The notes below the pieces were generated by a model. The model was not told the DNA's origin, ran no database searches, and was given only the letters and a program-made list of their open reading frames with translations. A program made the position numbers and the translations under genes. A DNA stretch of 64,000 nucleotides, taken from Phoronis australis (taxonomy: Eukaryota > Animalia > Phoronida). Numbering within the stretch: the stretch's first letter is position 1; each line of letters begins with the position of its first letter. The stretch spans positions 124,001 through 188,000 of the forward strand of contig NMRA01000242.1 of NCBI GenBank assembly GCA_002633005.1, given 5' to 3'. Below are positions 13,166 to 55,187 of this stretch, in pieces.

Positions 13166-16100
13166 GGCTTACTTATTGTACTGAGAGGATGAGTGCTGTT
13201 CTGTGGTTATGGTGTCGAAATCAATTTGAATTTAATTGCTTGTGTAATACTTACAAAGGTAATGCTGGTAAGCTTAATTTTTGTTTTGTTTGAACAGTAA
13301 ATTTTTAGATAACCAGATTAAGACCTGTGTGATGGTGTTGCAGGCGTTCATAACATAGTTCTGGAACAGATATCTCACATTTGTGTGTCCACAAGAGGAT
13401 GATGTGGTAGTGAAGGTTGTAACAATTGTTGGGACTGGTAGTGATGGGAAGGGTAGTGGTCTGTCCTTACACCACTCAAATGTCAACAGACTGGTCCTCT
13501 TTGTGGTTGCTTATCATGAGTTAACTATCTAGTGGACCAGCTCACAAATGATCCAGTCAATCACAATACATCCCTCCTCCACACTTCCCGACCTATAGCC
13601 ACAATGTTTACTCAGTGCAGTGTCTGCCCACCCCTCCACATGGGGCTAAAACAAAAAAGGTCCCCACTTGGGTATTTTTAGGACTTACAAAGGTTTGTTC
13701 TTTGATTGTGGTCCCCTCTCTCGCAACACCTTGGGTCCACCAGTGTTGATTTAGTGCTATTGCTGTCTGTTGTTTGTGTATATTCACATTTTTACTTTTA
13801 ATGATTGTTGTAATTATGCTGTGCAATTGCCACTGCAGGTCCAACACCGCTACAATATAGTGAGAACTGCCTCGATGAAAGAGGTGAAGGAGGCAGTAGT
13901 GTTGCTTCAGAATATGAGAGACACAAATACCTAAAGTTAAGGAGCTACCTGCAGTTGCTCGACCCCCAAGGTGACAGCAAAGTCTACGGCCTTGATAACT
14001 TTGCCATAAGGTCAAGAATGTTTGGGAGGAGATTCAGCTCCTTTTAGTCCTACTTTTTGACTACAGGTGGTGCTTGCTGTTGTTTTTTTCTTCAAAAATT
14101 TAGCCAGCAAAGTTAGTTGCAAGTAACTTGTATGCCAAATGTGTTAATAAAAACTACCATTTCACACCTAGCTCTGTCACGCTTTCTGTGACTAATTCAC
14201 TTTGCATTTTGCTGTCGGGCTTTCAATAACCCAAATAATTGCACCCACATGACCATTTGATGTATTGTGAATTGTTTTACATGTTCTGTCGTTTAAAGAT
14301 GCTGCTTTGGTGTTTTCTCAGTGACAATATCTATCCCTCAGCTACTTATGCAGTGTGTACAGATGTTATCTGCTACTTTTAGGGAACACCTTGAAAGTCT
14401 GGGCCTCTATCTTTTATATATATATCAGCTTTTAGTTTGAACTTGTTCACCAATTGTCAAGAATTTTTTAAGACACCAAAGGTTGAGAAAGTTTAACATT
14501 TATTCATAGCCCAGCTGTTTTTATGTACATTCCACTATAAACTGTGTTTGCAAATGTCTATAATAATAAAATTTTATTTCTACATTGGTTTCAGCTGACA
14601 CGTTTTCTTCTAGTCACTCCTTCTCGTAGAAAACCATTGTTTGGTTGGAGGTGAAATACTTTATTTTGGTTTAGTCTTTAATTGGGCAAGTTAGAAATCA
14701 TATTTACACGTAAAACCATGGACCGCAAGGAGTTCACTGATTGCTTCATTAGTTAAGATTTACTGCTGCAAACTGGACTTATTCCACTTCCATTTGATGA
14801 AATTGGTGCTCCGTTGAACCTTGTCACATTTCCAGTATCTTAAAATTCTTTACACGATAGGCTTTCAGACAAAGTAATGAATAATATTTAAATTGAAATT
14901 AGAACTTATTTATTTTTACATTGTAGCCTTACACAGCTTCAGGTCATACAAACACTGTACATGTAGTGAATAACTCGTGTTAATAATTAATAATTATTAC
15001 TATTTATACAATGTACATTTCAATTAAATAGACTGAAAAAACAAAATACAAGTTCTTACACGACTCGAGAGCCTTTTTTCCTTTGTTAAGATGATAGAAC
15101 ATCATTATATATAGAAATATACTTGGTTCTGTTAAAAGTTAAACCATAAAATGTACATCTCCCTCATGAAATGTTTAACTCCTGGAGCTTGCACAGATAA
15201 CTGAATTGTATACAACACCAATAACCTGCCAGAGCACAAATTGACTTCAGGGGAGGTAATTGAATCTAATACTAAACTAAATATTTTAACTCAAAGCACA
15301 GAATGGTTACCAAGCAAAATACTTAATTTGAGACGTTCTTAGAGATTTGAATTCATTTACATAATTTTAATACAATAGGAAATTTTTGGTCAATAAGAAT
15401 TATGACTCGATGGTGACTGAAATAATGAAAATGTCTGATAGGATCTGGTCACTCCTACCAAAGAGTGATGGAGGGACTTGTAAATTGAGGGACAAATGTT
15501 TTAAAGAAAGCAGACACAATAATGAAGAAGATGACGGAGGTATCATACCACCAGATGTCGGTACAACTAAACAAACTGTTCATGGGGGTGGAGGGGTTTA
15601 TATAAAGAGGAAAGCAACTATCAGATACATTGTACCTTTACTGAAATAAATTTCCAGGTTATCTTGGAGATGCTTTTCAGTGTTAATATTTCCCTGGCCT
15701 TCTGCAACTGTTAATGTAAATGTAGAAAATGGCCAAAACGGCCTAGCAAAATGCCCTTATATCCTGCATTCACTCACGAGCAAAAAAAAATGGCCGACAA
15801 GAGTGTATTCAACAACGACTTGATCACTGTGTCTGCTCAATGGAAGGGAATGCAGACACAACTAGGACATGGGCACTTTGTTGCACCAATAACATCACTT
15901 TTCCATTGTTGCAAAGCATCCCGAAAACAATAATAAATGTTGAAATGCAGGATTTTTTTCACTTTAGGTAAAGGTAATATTAAAAATGGTTGCATTTCCC
16001 TTCAAGAAGTACTGAAAAGTTCTAAAATGGATTTGTCTGGCCACCCACACATCACTGGATTTGCCACCTTTCTCACAGTCTGTCATAAACACTATTAACG

Positions 16101-17217
16101 AAAGTAGTTGCGAGTCACTTCATCTCAAAAGTAAATAAGGTAATCAGAAAAAAGATGTCACACAATTGAAAACTAACTTTTCAGCCCAAAAGCACAACTT
16201 CCCTGCCAATGCTCGAGCCAATACTAGATTCTGAAAGCAAATTTATTACAGATTTCACAAATACAGTCCAAAGGTGCCACTATACAATCAGACTGCAATT
16301 CTAGGTCATGGGCTACTTGAAATCCTGCCACTGCACTGCTACAGCAAAATAGCATTTTGAAGAAAAGGAAATCTCCATCGTAAGTTGCAGACTTTTCTGA
16401 TTCACATGTCCACAAGAACATACAATCCAGAATCGTTGAACCTACCATTAAACCTGGCTTATGCCATAAATCTAATTTCTAAAGAGTGCAAATTGGCAAG
16501 GTGATACTTATTTGGCCTATCTACTACCCGAAATAAGCATTTTACTGTCACAATAAATCATCAGGTTTGTACTGTTGGCAGTATAATGGTCATTAGTCTT
16601 GTGTAATTTTATTGACAACAGTTTATATATCTATCTATACAGTGCATTTTGGATAAACAGTAAAATAGAATCTCTGCTCCAGCACGTTCACAACATTTGG
16701 TTTCCTTTTCACGTCCAGACTAATGAGCTCACTGCTCCAGCACGTTCACAACATTTGGTTTCCTTTTCACATCCAGACCAATGAGCTCACACATAGAGGG
16801 CACCATCTAACTATCAAAAACTCAAGGAACCAACCAGATAAGCACAACAGTCAGGTCTTCATTAAGTAATAAAACATTTGATAATCCAATTCTGATTAAA
16901 GTAAATCAAAACTTTTTGAGTAAAAACTGCATTTGTTCACCATGACCAAGTCGTTATTTTCTGCCAATCAATGACGCTCCATGTGTATGCAGTAAGTTAA
17001 CAAAATGATGCTGCATGTGTACGCAGTAAGTGAACAAATACTGGAGTCATAAAAACAAGAAGAAACGCGACTGCAGACTGCTGTATGATGTTGACATCAG
17101 TGAGATGCCTCTGGCGACAACAGTCATTGCATTGATACACCAGTTGGTTTAGCTGAAGAGGACCACCAGTCTGAACCCTGGGGGGACTTTAATTCAAAAA
17201 GGTGGTGACAGCAGTTC

Positions 17218-45410
<28,193 letters not shown>

Positions 45411-45428
45411 CTGCGAAAGAAAAGAGTA

Positions 45429-45900
45429 AAAATTATACTGACCAGATACAACATAACAAGAGCACAGTAAAATCTCCAAAATTATACTGACCAGATACAA
45501 CATAACAAGAGCACAGTAAAATCTCCAAAATTATACTGACCAGATACAACATAACAAGAGCACAGTAAAATCTCCAAAATTTAGGACACAATATGGCAGA
45601 CAAGTGACATTTTATTTTCTCTTTATTCATAAAAGATATTAACACTAAGAGGACATTTCTCATGATGAAATTTTGTATCATTGCTACCACCAGATAGTAT
45701 GTCGTATCATTGCTACCACCAGACAGTATGTCGTACCATTGCTACCACTAGATAGTATGTCGTATCATTAATACCACCAAATAATATGTCGAATCATTGC
45801 TACCACCAGATAGCATGTTGTATCATTGCTACCATCAGATAGCATGTTGTATCATTGCTACCACCAGATAGTATGTTGTATCACTGATACCACCAGATAG
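45429..45900. repeat. 49-bp repeat x3 next to the kinase acceptor (45429-45580) and a 29-bp minisatellite (45676-45900)
   Basis: aaaattatactgaccagatacaacataacaagagcacagt...; gtatcattgctaccaccagatagtatgtc. Confidence 0.85.
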
Positions 45901-47306
45901 TATTTTGAACATTTATGGCCATATGCAAGCCTGTGAAATATGAAAAGTCCACCTAGTCTAGTTTGAAATTAGTGATATTTTACCGCATTCAATTACCATA
46001 TATCTCCACTGAGATGTCAGAGACAGCACCATCACAGCTCTCTCTTAGTCACCAATCTATCATAATGGCTCAACCATCTGCCTACAAGTTTAAACCTAAA
46101 AACCTTGGGTTAACAACCATTTAAGCAGCAAAATTAACTGTTCCACAGTCACAAACACACACCTTAACATAAAACAGAAATCAAAACATAGTTTTATACT
46201 GCTGCTGAACCATAAACATAGGAACAGTCATTCACAAGAGGGTGGACCATATTGGCAGTGCCAACAGATTCCATGAGCTTCCAAGCCACAGCCAAGGCAC
46301 CAGAATTTCAGAGTACACAAGGTGCAACTTAGACCAGCTCTTTTCCATCTGTACTCAACACAGATAACTGACATTCACTATTAGCCAAGTTGCTAACATA
46401 AAAATAAAATGAGAATGAGGAAAGAGCGATGGAGACGGAAAATTGAGCCAAACCGTGGTTGAAACAAGAAGTATTTCGACACAAAGAACATTGGCTATGG
46501 TGAGATCACATGCAGGTTTTCTGTAATGTTATAATGCGGTAGAGACGGGCCAGACGGCTTAGTATAAAAACTGTGTTATGGTTATGTCAAACCTTATTTC
46601 GTGACGTCCATTCTAAGTCAATTAGCAAAAACCTAGGCTGTGTTAACAAGTAAAAGTATATATTTTCTAAAAGAAAAAAGAGCAGGGATTATAAAAATGG
46701 CATTTATATTGATGTACCATTGTTTCTATTACATGACCACCTTTTTAAGTCAAATTTATTTTTGTTTTCAAGAAAGGCACATTCATAGCAAAATAACCCC
46801 TTGGTAGTTTTTAAGGAAACATTTTTTTAAAAAAATTATGTTTGCTAAAACTAATTTCTCTATTTTTTAAAACTGGAAAATCAGGGTCTGTACAGTTGCG
46901 TTTAGGATGATAATAAACAACCAGAGATATATAATACTAAACATTGATATTTTGTCACTACTGAACTAAAACATGCCTGGATATTCATGCGCCCACACTT
47001 GACAAGAAACTCATCTTCTTATATTTTATCATATTAATCAAAGAGTGATCACACCTTGAGACAGGTGTAACTCATCAATAACAGCCAGAGGTGAGCGCAG
47101 CTGACATCAAAGTAGTCGGGGTCTATCTAATGAAACCTGCAGTCAATGTACAGATGAGATTTAGTAAAGAATATCTGTATTCAATAGTGGAGTTGAACTA
47201 TTCAGAAAATGGTGACAGTGGGGCAGCTCAAAGATGCAACCTAACACTGGACCATGTTCAACCTTTTCTGTATGAACATCTAAGTATATCATTGATGCCT
47301 TTGCAA

Positions 47307-47734
47307 AGGTCGTTTGTACACAAGAGACAGTTGTTACTGTGTCTGTTGTCACAGTATGACTTACTCCACTTAAGTGGCATTTACACAACATTAGATCGCG
47401 AACTGGATCAGCACGAGTCACACGAAGACTGCCTGCACATGCTCGCATAAACAGTAGCGAACGTCCAAACTACGTAAAATGCCAGCGGATCACACATATA
47501 TATGCTATTGCACAAGCATATTGAAAGATGATCCCTTTCAGTCCTGCCGTTGTGTTTAGACGTGTAGTTGAAACTGGTCAAGTGCAACTCGCTCTACCAA
47601 TCAAACTGGTGTAAAAAATGGCCGCCGCCGTGTCAATTTGTTCCATGTCAGTGGTGTTTCCACACACACTTGTATCCGATCAGCTGTTCTGTGTTAGTTG
47701 CTCTGTGTCAGCTGTCTCTTGTGCAAATGCAACT
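47307..47734. mobile_element. Harbinger-like MITE family, copy 2
   Basis: Shares cattagatc..aactggatca, ttgaaagatgatcccttt, tgtgtttagacgtgtagttgaaac and aaaaatggccgcc with 9973-10403. Confidence 0.65.
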
Positions 47735-47748
47735 AAAGATCAGCAACA

Positions 47749-49390
47749 TGTACTTTCACTGCTTACACAACAACCACTAACATACAGCAGTTAGCACTGT
47801 ACTATCACTGCTTGCACAACAACCACTAACATACTGCAGTTAGCACTGTACTATCACTGCTTACACAACAACCACTAACATACTGCAGTTAGCACTGTAC
47901 TATCACTGCTTGCACAACAACCACTAACATACTGCAGTTAGCACTGTACTATCACTGCTTGCACAACAACCACTAACATACTGCAGTTAGCACTGTACTA
48001 TCACTGCTTGCACAACAACCACTAACATACTGCAGTTAGCACTGTACTATCACTGCTTACACAACAACCACTAACATACTGCAGTTAGCACTGTACTATC
48101 ACTGCTTACACAACAACCACTAACATACTGCAGTTAGCACTGTACTATCACTGCTTACACAACAACCACTAACATACTGCAGTTAGCACTGTACTATCAC
48201 TGCTTACACAACAACCACTAACATACTGCAGTTAGCACTGTACTATCACTGCTTACACAACAACCACTAACATACTGCAGTTAGCACTGTACTATCACTG
48301 CTTACACAACAACCACTAACATACTGCAGTTAGCACTGTACTATCACTGCTTGCACAACAACCACTAACATACTGCAGTTAGCACTGTACTATCACTGCT
48401 TGCACAACAACCACTAACATACTGCAGTTAGCACTGTACTATCACTGCTTGCACAACAACCACTAACATACTGCAGTTAGCACTGTACTATCACTGCTTA
48501 CACAACAACCACTAACATACTGCAGTTAGCACTGTACTATCACTGCTTACACAACAACCACTAACATACTGCAGTTAGCACTGTACTATCACTGCTTACA
48601 CAACAACCACTAACATACTGCAGTTAGCACTGTACTATCACTGCTTGCACAACAACCACTAACATACTGCAGTTAGCACTGTACTATCACTGCTTGCACA
48701 ACAACCACTAACATACTGCAGTTAGCACTGTACTATCACTGCTTGCACAACAACCACTAACATACTGCAGTTAGCACTGTACTATCACTGCTTACACAAC
48801 AACCACTAACATACTGCAGTTAGCACTGTACTATCACTGCTTACACAACAACCACTAACATACTGCAGTTAGCACTGTACTATCACTGCTTACACAACAA
48901 CCACTAACATACTGCAGTTAGCACTGTACTATCACTGCTTGCACAACAACCACTAACATACTGCAGTTAGCACTGTACTATCACTGCTTGCACAACAACC
49001 ACTAACATACTGCAGTTAGCACTGTACTATCACTGCTTGCACAACAACCACTAACATACTGCAGTTAGCACTGTACTATCACTGCTTACACAACAACCAC
49101 TAACATACTGCAGTTAGCACTGTACTATCACTGCTTACACAACAACCACTAACATACTGCAGTTAGCACTGTACTATCACTGCTTACACAACAACCACTA
49201 ACATACTGCAGTTAGCACTGTACTATCACTGCTTGCACAACAACCACTAACATACTGCAGTTAGCACTGTACTATCACTGCTTGCACAACAACCACTAAC
49301 ATACTGCAGTTAGCACTGTACTATCACTGCTTGCACAACAACCACTAACATACTGCAGTTAGCACTGTACTATCACTGCTTACACAACAA
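47749..49390. repeat. 49-bp satellite array, about 33 copies, ending at an assembly N (49391)
   Basis: (tgtactatcactgctt[a/g]cacaacaaccactaacatactgcagttagcac)n. Confidence 0.95.
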
Positions 49391-52155
49391 NCCCCGATTT
49401 CTTGAAATTTCACGTTTAAGCGCCCATGTCTGGTTAACCGCCCACCCCCGATTTTTTGGGTTCGCCAATTTAACCGCCCAGGGCGTTAACCCGAACGATT
49501 ACGGTAAATCATTAATTGGCAATATAAAATACAGGAGTGAAGTGGGACAGCCAAAACACAGCTTGCACCCTATCCACTCTTCAAATGACTGTACCCATTT
49601 AGTTTTCACCCTCTCCATTCACTTAAAGGCTTTTCCCATAGCATGGTAGTGGTTTGAAATGTTTCTGAGTTATTTATGAGTATAAAAACTCCAGGAGTAT
49701 AGTTTATTCTAAAATGAAGTGAAAATTCAGGTTTGGGTGGTCATTTTTGGTCTTGTACAGGGAAAATAATGTTTTGGGACTTTATTTTAATTCTTGCATA
49801 GGTGTTTTAGAACTTTCTGTTTTTGCTTTGCATACTTCAAAAGTCAAATGTGTTAGTATTCAAGATGTAGGCCAAGTAAGGATACACCATTATGTCCCGT
49901 CCCCCATGTTCTGAAAGAACTCCCAAAGCAGGTCTCACTCCAGCTAAGTGAACCCAAATATCTGAAATATGACTAACATTATGTCACCAGTTACCTATAT
50001 CACTGGGGAGTGGCCCTCCAGGAAGCCCTACACAGGTACAGTCACTGCACATATCCTGGATAGAGGTCACCTCATTATCATCCTTTCAATACAGTTTAGG
50101 TACAGCACAAAAGGCACAGGAACATGTACAAACAGATCTAAATGACTGGAGAAACTGTTTCAGGTACAGCCTAACTTAGACTGAAACTGGGCTAACAACC
50201 AATCTGTGTCAGCCCCATTTGATGAAATTTCTTAAGACCAAAATCAAAATCTAAATTGGTGTTAGCTTAAAGACCAAGCCCACTATACAGAGTAAGCTGA
50301 AGTCTTGTGTATTAAGGTTATTATTGGACAAAAACTATGATTGTAAACATAGCAGATATTTTTCACTGTTTTACAATCTAATATCCCCAGACAATGTCAT
50401 ATTGAAGATCATCTGATTTTGATTCTGTTCAGGAACTGGCAAACCACCTTAGATACAAGTACAATGAGACTTTCCTACAGGTGTGAAGTGACACTTTACT
50501 GTTAGGTTATACTAGTACATTCTAATTAAAAAATCTGTAATTGTACTTATGTCTCCCCGATTTTGTACACAAATGCCCCCTTCTAAAGTTTAGAGATTGT
50601 GAATATTCTTGAAACTGCAGTTCACATATTACCTCACCTTGGAAGATTGTGAACCACTAACAGGTGGCAAAAGCGTAGTTTAAATATGGCCAACTCATGA
50701 CGAAAATGGACTTGATTTAGGACTACAGTAAAATTTATTCAGTTTGGCTCACAACATGGCAGATAGGTGAAATTTCGTGTTGTCAAATTTTTCAACAAAA
50801 GGGACTTTTCAAGAAAATTTAATTTACTTTAAGCATGGTTTGTATGGCATAGCTATTACGAGTAAATGTTTGGTAAAATTTAGCATTTGCAACAATGTGG
50901 TAAGCCTCTGAAAAATATAAATATTCCAATTTCAGGAATTACCTTTGTTCCAAATTGAAGAATTTATACCAGAAGTTAAACCAAAAACAGTCTTTCTGAA
51001 TTTTGGTCTTCAGTATTAACTTAGACAAAAAATCATCTCAAGTCTTAATAACAAGCACAATCAAAGACTACAGTAGAACCATGAAAGTAGATATTTCTTC
51101 TGAAACGAGTACAATGGATCCTAGTGGTAGGCCAAATGCAACTACATGGAAATAATTTTTAATATCACGTTTTGATCATTCCTTTGGTATCACCTGGGAA
51201 ACCAATAGGCCTAGGTGTGTCATTTCGAGCTGTGCTTAACACTAACCATGACATCTCACACCATTATCTGTCAAAGGATTTATAAAGAAATAAGGCAAGT
51301 AAAAGGTCTTCTGGAAAAAGAACACGCATGCATACGTAGTTGATTCACTATGACCATAACCTCATAACTAGGCAGTAATAGCACATTTGTTTTTGGATAA
51401 AATATGGGTACCAACTTTTAAATCTGCGAGCATATTTAAACAATGACATATTGATCAATGTTTCCGTTTATTGTAGACCTATATACCACTGTCAAGATAA
51501 AAGACAAAAGTTAGCAATAGTCCAATCAGGTGACACAGATGGAGATACAACAAGACAAACTAAGAGTTTTGTAAATTAGAATGCAAATATGTCAAGCAAG
51601 AAAACAAGCAGAAAACAGAAGCCAGTATAATGCCATCAAAACATTACACCTGGATGTGTGGTCAACATCCTGTCATACAACTATCACTCTGTCATGCACT
51701 TCAGATAAACTTCACGCAAACAAACAAGTAAGTCATCCCTTGCATAAAAACAAGATATAAATAAATTGTTTCTTTACCTCCATTCAGGGACCTAAGGCCA
51801 CCAAACAGAATATGCATGACAAACGTTAATAGTAAATATAGAGCCACACCCTATATTTGTCATAGCATGCAATCCCATCGTGAAAACATACAGGTGATAA
51901 ATACTTCATAACACACTCTTAGGTGGCAGAAGCCTTGACCTAACTAACAAAGCAATAAAAACTAACCCTGGTCAAGCTGACACAAGCAGATTCACATACG
52001 CCATTACATAACTAGGTCAGTTGAGCCAGTTGTTTTTTTTTCGAGAGGTGGGGTTCTATCAGTCCATGAATCATATTTTTGTTTCTAATTCACTACATGT
52101 AACACTGAATGACATCAAGGTGAATGGACAAAAGAAATCCCTCAGTGAAATTACT

Positions 52156-52307
52156 GGGCCCAGTTGCATAAAAGTTATACGCCGTATAGCAACAATGGCG
52201 TCGCATTATCACGCGTCACGTTGTTATTGTTGAACAATGCACATGACGTCATGCAACAATCAAACTTATCCAGCGGATATCTTTTGAAGCTTTATGCAAC
52301 CCAGCCC
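52156..52307. mobile_element. Short MITE
   Basis: gggcccagttgcataaaag ... ctttatgcaacccagccc inverted ends. Confidence 0.55.
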
Positions 52308-53117
52308 TGGTGAATATATCTCGTTGAATGTATCCATTATTGTGACATTTTTTAATTTTTAGATAGTTTGTCAGACCCTCAAATCTATGTACTTACAGCT
52401 CTGGACAAGAGAGAGAGTCTTACCAAGATTATGAGTTAAAAAACAAAATGCACCAGATTAACTTTTAAACAGCTAAATGGTAATAAGAATAGACACGAAA
52501 AAGATTTGAATCAGATTACAATTGAAAATGCAATAAATAATAAATCACTTAAATGTGGAAGTGGAGGGTAGCAGTTCTTAGACTTTACAGGTCCCCTCTG
52601 CATCCATGGAAGAATTTAAATGAGATCACAACAACCACAGTTTATGGTAACATTTGCACACACAACACCTCTCTTCAGACAATCACCACTCTTCATATTT
52701 AACCACCTTATCAAATGCTAACAAAGCTCATAAGAGTCCTATTTTTGATAAAAGCGGGACATTTTAAAACCAATTCCAACTTTTTGGACAACAGTGCATA
52801 AAGCATAGTACCTGTAAGTTTCATATGAATCTGATTGGCAGTTTCTGAGATATGACGTTTCAAAGTTAGCCAATATGGACACGTTTTAAGGGTCCTACAA
52901 TACCATGTTTTACACAAGTAACCACCATGAGATACTAGTAAAACAAGGTGAAGTGGAAATGTTTATCAGAATTGAAATCAGTTCCTCAATGTGATTACAA
53001 CATCCAAACCAATGAGTACATTGAGAAAAACCAACTAGGCATGCTTGAAATGGGTAGTAGTGTCAGTGCTATGAAATGGTGAGACACATCAAACAAATGC
53101 TTACAATGCAGTAGACT

Positions 53118-53258
53118 GGCGTGCATTCAGTAGACGCTAGGACCTAGCTAAAACCTAGTCAAAGTCACGTGTTCTTATTTAAAATCCACGGCAATATCTC
53201 AAGTAATCTCGTGAAGTCTTGCTTTTTAGCGAGGTCCTAGCGTTACTGAACGGGAGGC
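53118..53258. mobile_element. Short palindromic MITE
   Basis: ttcagtagacgctaggacctagctaaaa ... ttttagcgaggtcctagcgttactgaa inverted arms. Confidence 0.55.
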
Positions 53259-53503
53259 TGGAGTGGAGCAACCTGTGGTGTAGCCCATCACAGGAGACAG
53301 ACATCATGTACATTCATACTAACACAGTGTCTACTGAATGGGAAGACCTTTTTGATCAAGTAGATATGGAAAACAAAGAACCAGCTATGATTGTAAGGGA
53401 AGAGGTGCCAGTGGGAGGCAAAGCAGACCAGGCCATGTCCCCTCCCCCCACCACATTTTGATTTCTTTAAAAGAAAGCAAACTTCTGAACATGACAGAGT
53501 TAA

Positions 53504-55187
53504 AGGCTAATGCCACCCGATTTAATTAGTCTTTTTTGCCCTCTTAATCGGTCTATTTTCACATCGCCTCGCATACGGCCGACCTTACCTTGCCAAGAGG
53601 TGTCGCGTTAACCTGTGAGGAAGGTGAGAAACGACGCTAGCGACGTCAACGGTTCATAAGCAGAGTGAATGCCGCTATGATGCGGTATATCGTTCCCGCT
53701 TGTCCGAACTAAGCAGCCGCGAGGAAAGCGAGTATATCGTGTTTTTTTACTTCCTCGAGAGTCTGAAATGCTGAAGTGGCTCATGGTAGTGAAAAATGAA
53801 ATGTACGCTGTAAATAACAAGTATGAGGCCGTGAAACATCTCCGTGTCTGTGGCCTGCAGACGACGTCGACAGTGCCTCACAAATGCCGGCTTACCAAAT
53901 AACTCCATACGTTCCGTTTTATGAGCTTGTTCACGGCGCCTCTCTAGTATTTCTTCATCACTGTATTCCTGATCGAATTGATAGCCTGTAAAACTTAACG
54001 ATCCACCTGCGAAGTCGGGATTGATGAGCCCGGCGCTCTAGCTCGTCCTAAGTTGGGATTGCGAGTGCGTTTATTACTGAGCGTTCTGTTTCAAAATGAA
54101 TTATTCTCACCCTAACCAATACTTATATAAAACTGAAACAAAGTCTGTCTCATTAGATGCAAGTTGTAATGCCTTTGGAGTGTTCGTGAGTGCACGAAAT
54201 GATTTGAGAAGCCAGCAATGAATAAATCACTGCGGTACCGGCTTTAGGTGCAATAAAACTAATTGACGGGACACCGAGGCCGTGAGAGCTCATGCTAATT
54301 TAGTGTTTGCTGGCAGAAACTGGTGTGAAACAACTCAATTTCCATCCCACGGCCAGGTGTTAGGGGAATCTTTATTTACATTTACATTACTCAAATAATG
54401 ATTGTCAATGTACAACTTCTGCCCTGACGGTGCTGTGCCGGGCCAAAGCGGAACGAATTCGCGGCCCCGACGAGTAACTGATGTAGATTTGCAGTTTCGT
54501 GGCCATTAACATAATCACGTGCACATTACTTTGGCTCACTAGTATATTATTTTCTTGACTGGAAGTTCAGTTTCCACTGAACTTTGGCTGGTTTGTTCGT
54601 GATGTCTGATCAGTTTCCGAGCCACTGGTCGGGATAACGAGTCAATCCGGCCGGCCGCGACGGGCCTGATCGGGCTCCGAGCCACTGGCCAGGATAACAA
54701 GCGTTTTGTGTTTAGAACTCAGAAAATCACAAGTCTAAACGACACAGATCTAGGTTCTTCTGTCTGTATCTCACGGAAAATACTTCGAAATTATCTCCGA
54801 ACACACCCCAAACTCCGTCAGTGCTACGGACCTTATTGGCCTGCCGAACTTTGTAGGCTACGGTGTGTCCAAATACCAATAAATCCCGTAACAGTGAAAT
54901 AAAACAACACGTTTTTGTAAGAACTCTGTGTATTTTTAAGGGTTTTACATCGAAGTTTGATGATTTAATGGTGTTAAACGATGACTCCAAGCGATAAGCC
55001 GACACCAGTAACCCGTGTTGTGAACTGCTGAACAGAATGCGTGTGAAACCGATGACGTAATTGGATAAGTTCAACACCTCCGTTTGCCGTCAGGTGTCAG
55101 GTAACGCAACCGCACGTGTCGTTATGGAGTAGAACTACTCGATCTAAATTGATGCAAATTAGGTTGTTTTTTGGGTGGCATGCTCCT
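53504..55187. mobile_element. TTAA-flanked, CpG-rich Kolobok-like element
   Basis: TTAA|aggctaatgccacccga ... ttgggtggcatgctcct|TTAA (imperfect 17-bp TIR). The interior is CpG-rich compared with its flanks, with an internal direct repeat tccgagccactgg at 54617 and 54676. Confidence 0.6.

Noticed and set aside
47749-49390. CRISPR-like regular array (also 61169-61692 and 22728-23042)
   Set aside because: No unique spacers, eukaryotic context and no cas genes; these are simple tandem repeats.
51778-51783. ATG GAG|gtaaag as a possible first coding exon of the kinase
   Set aside because: Frame-compatible, but there is no homology or promoter evidence; the real first exon may lie beyond the window.
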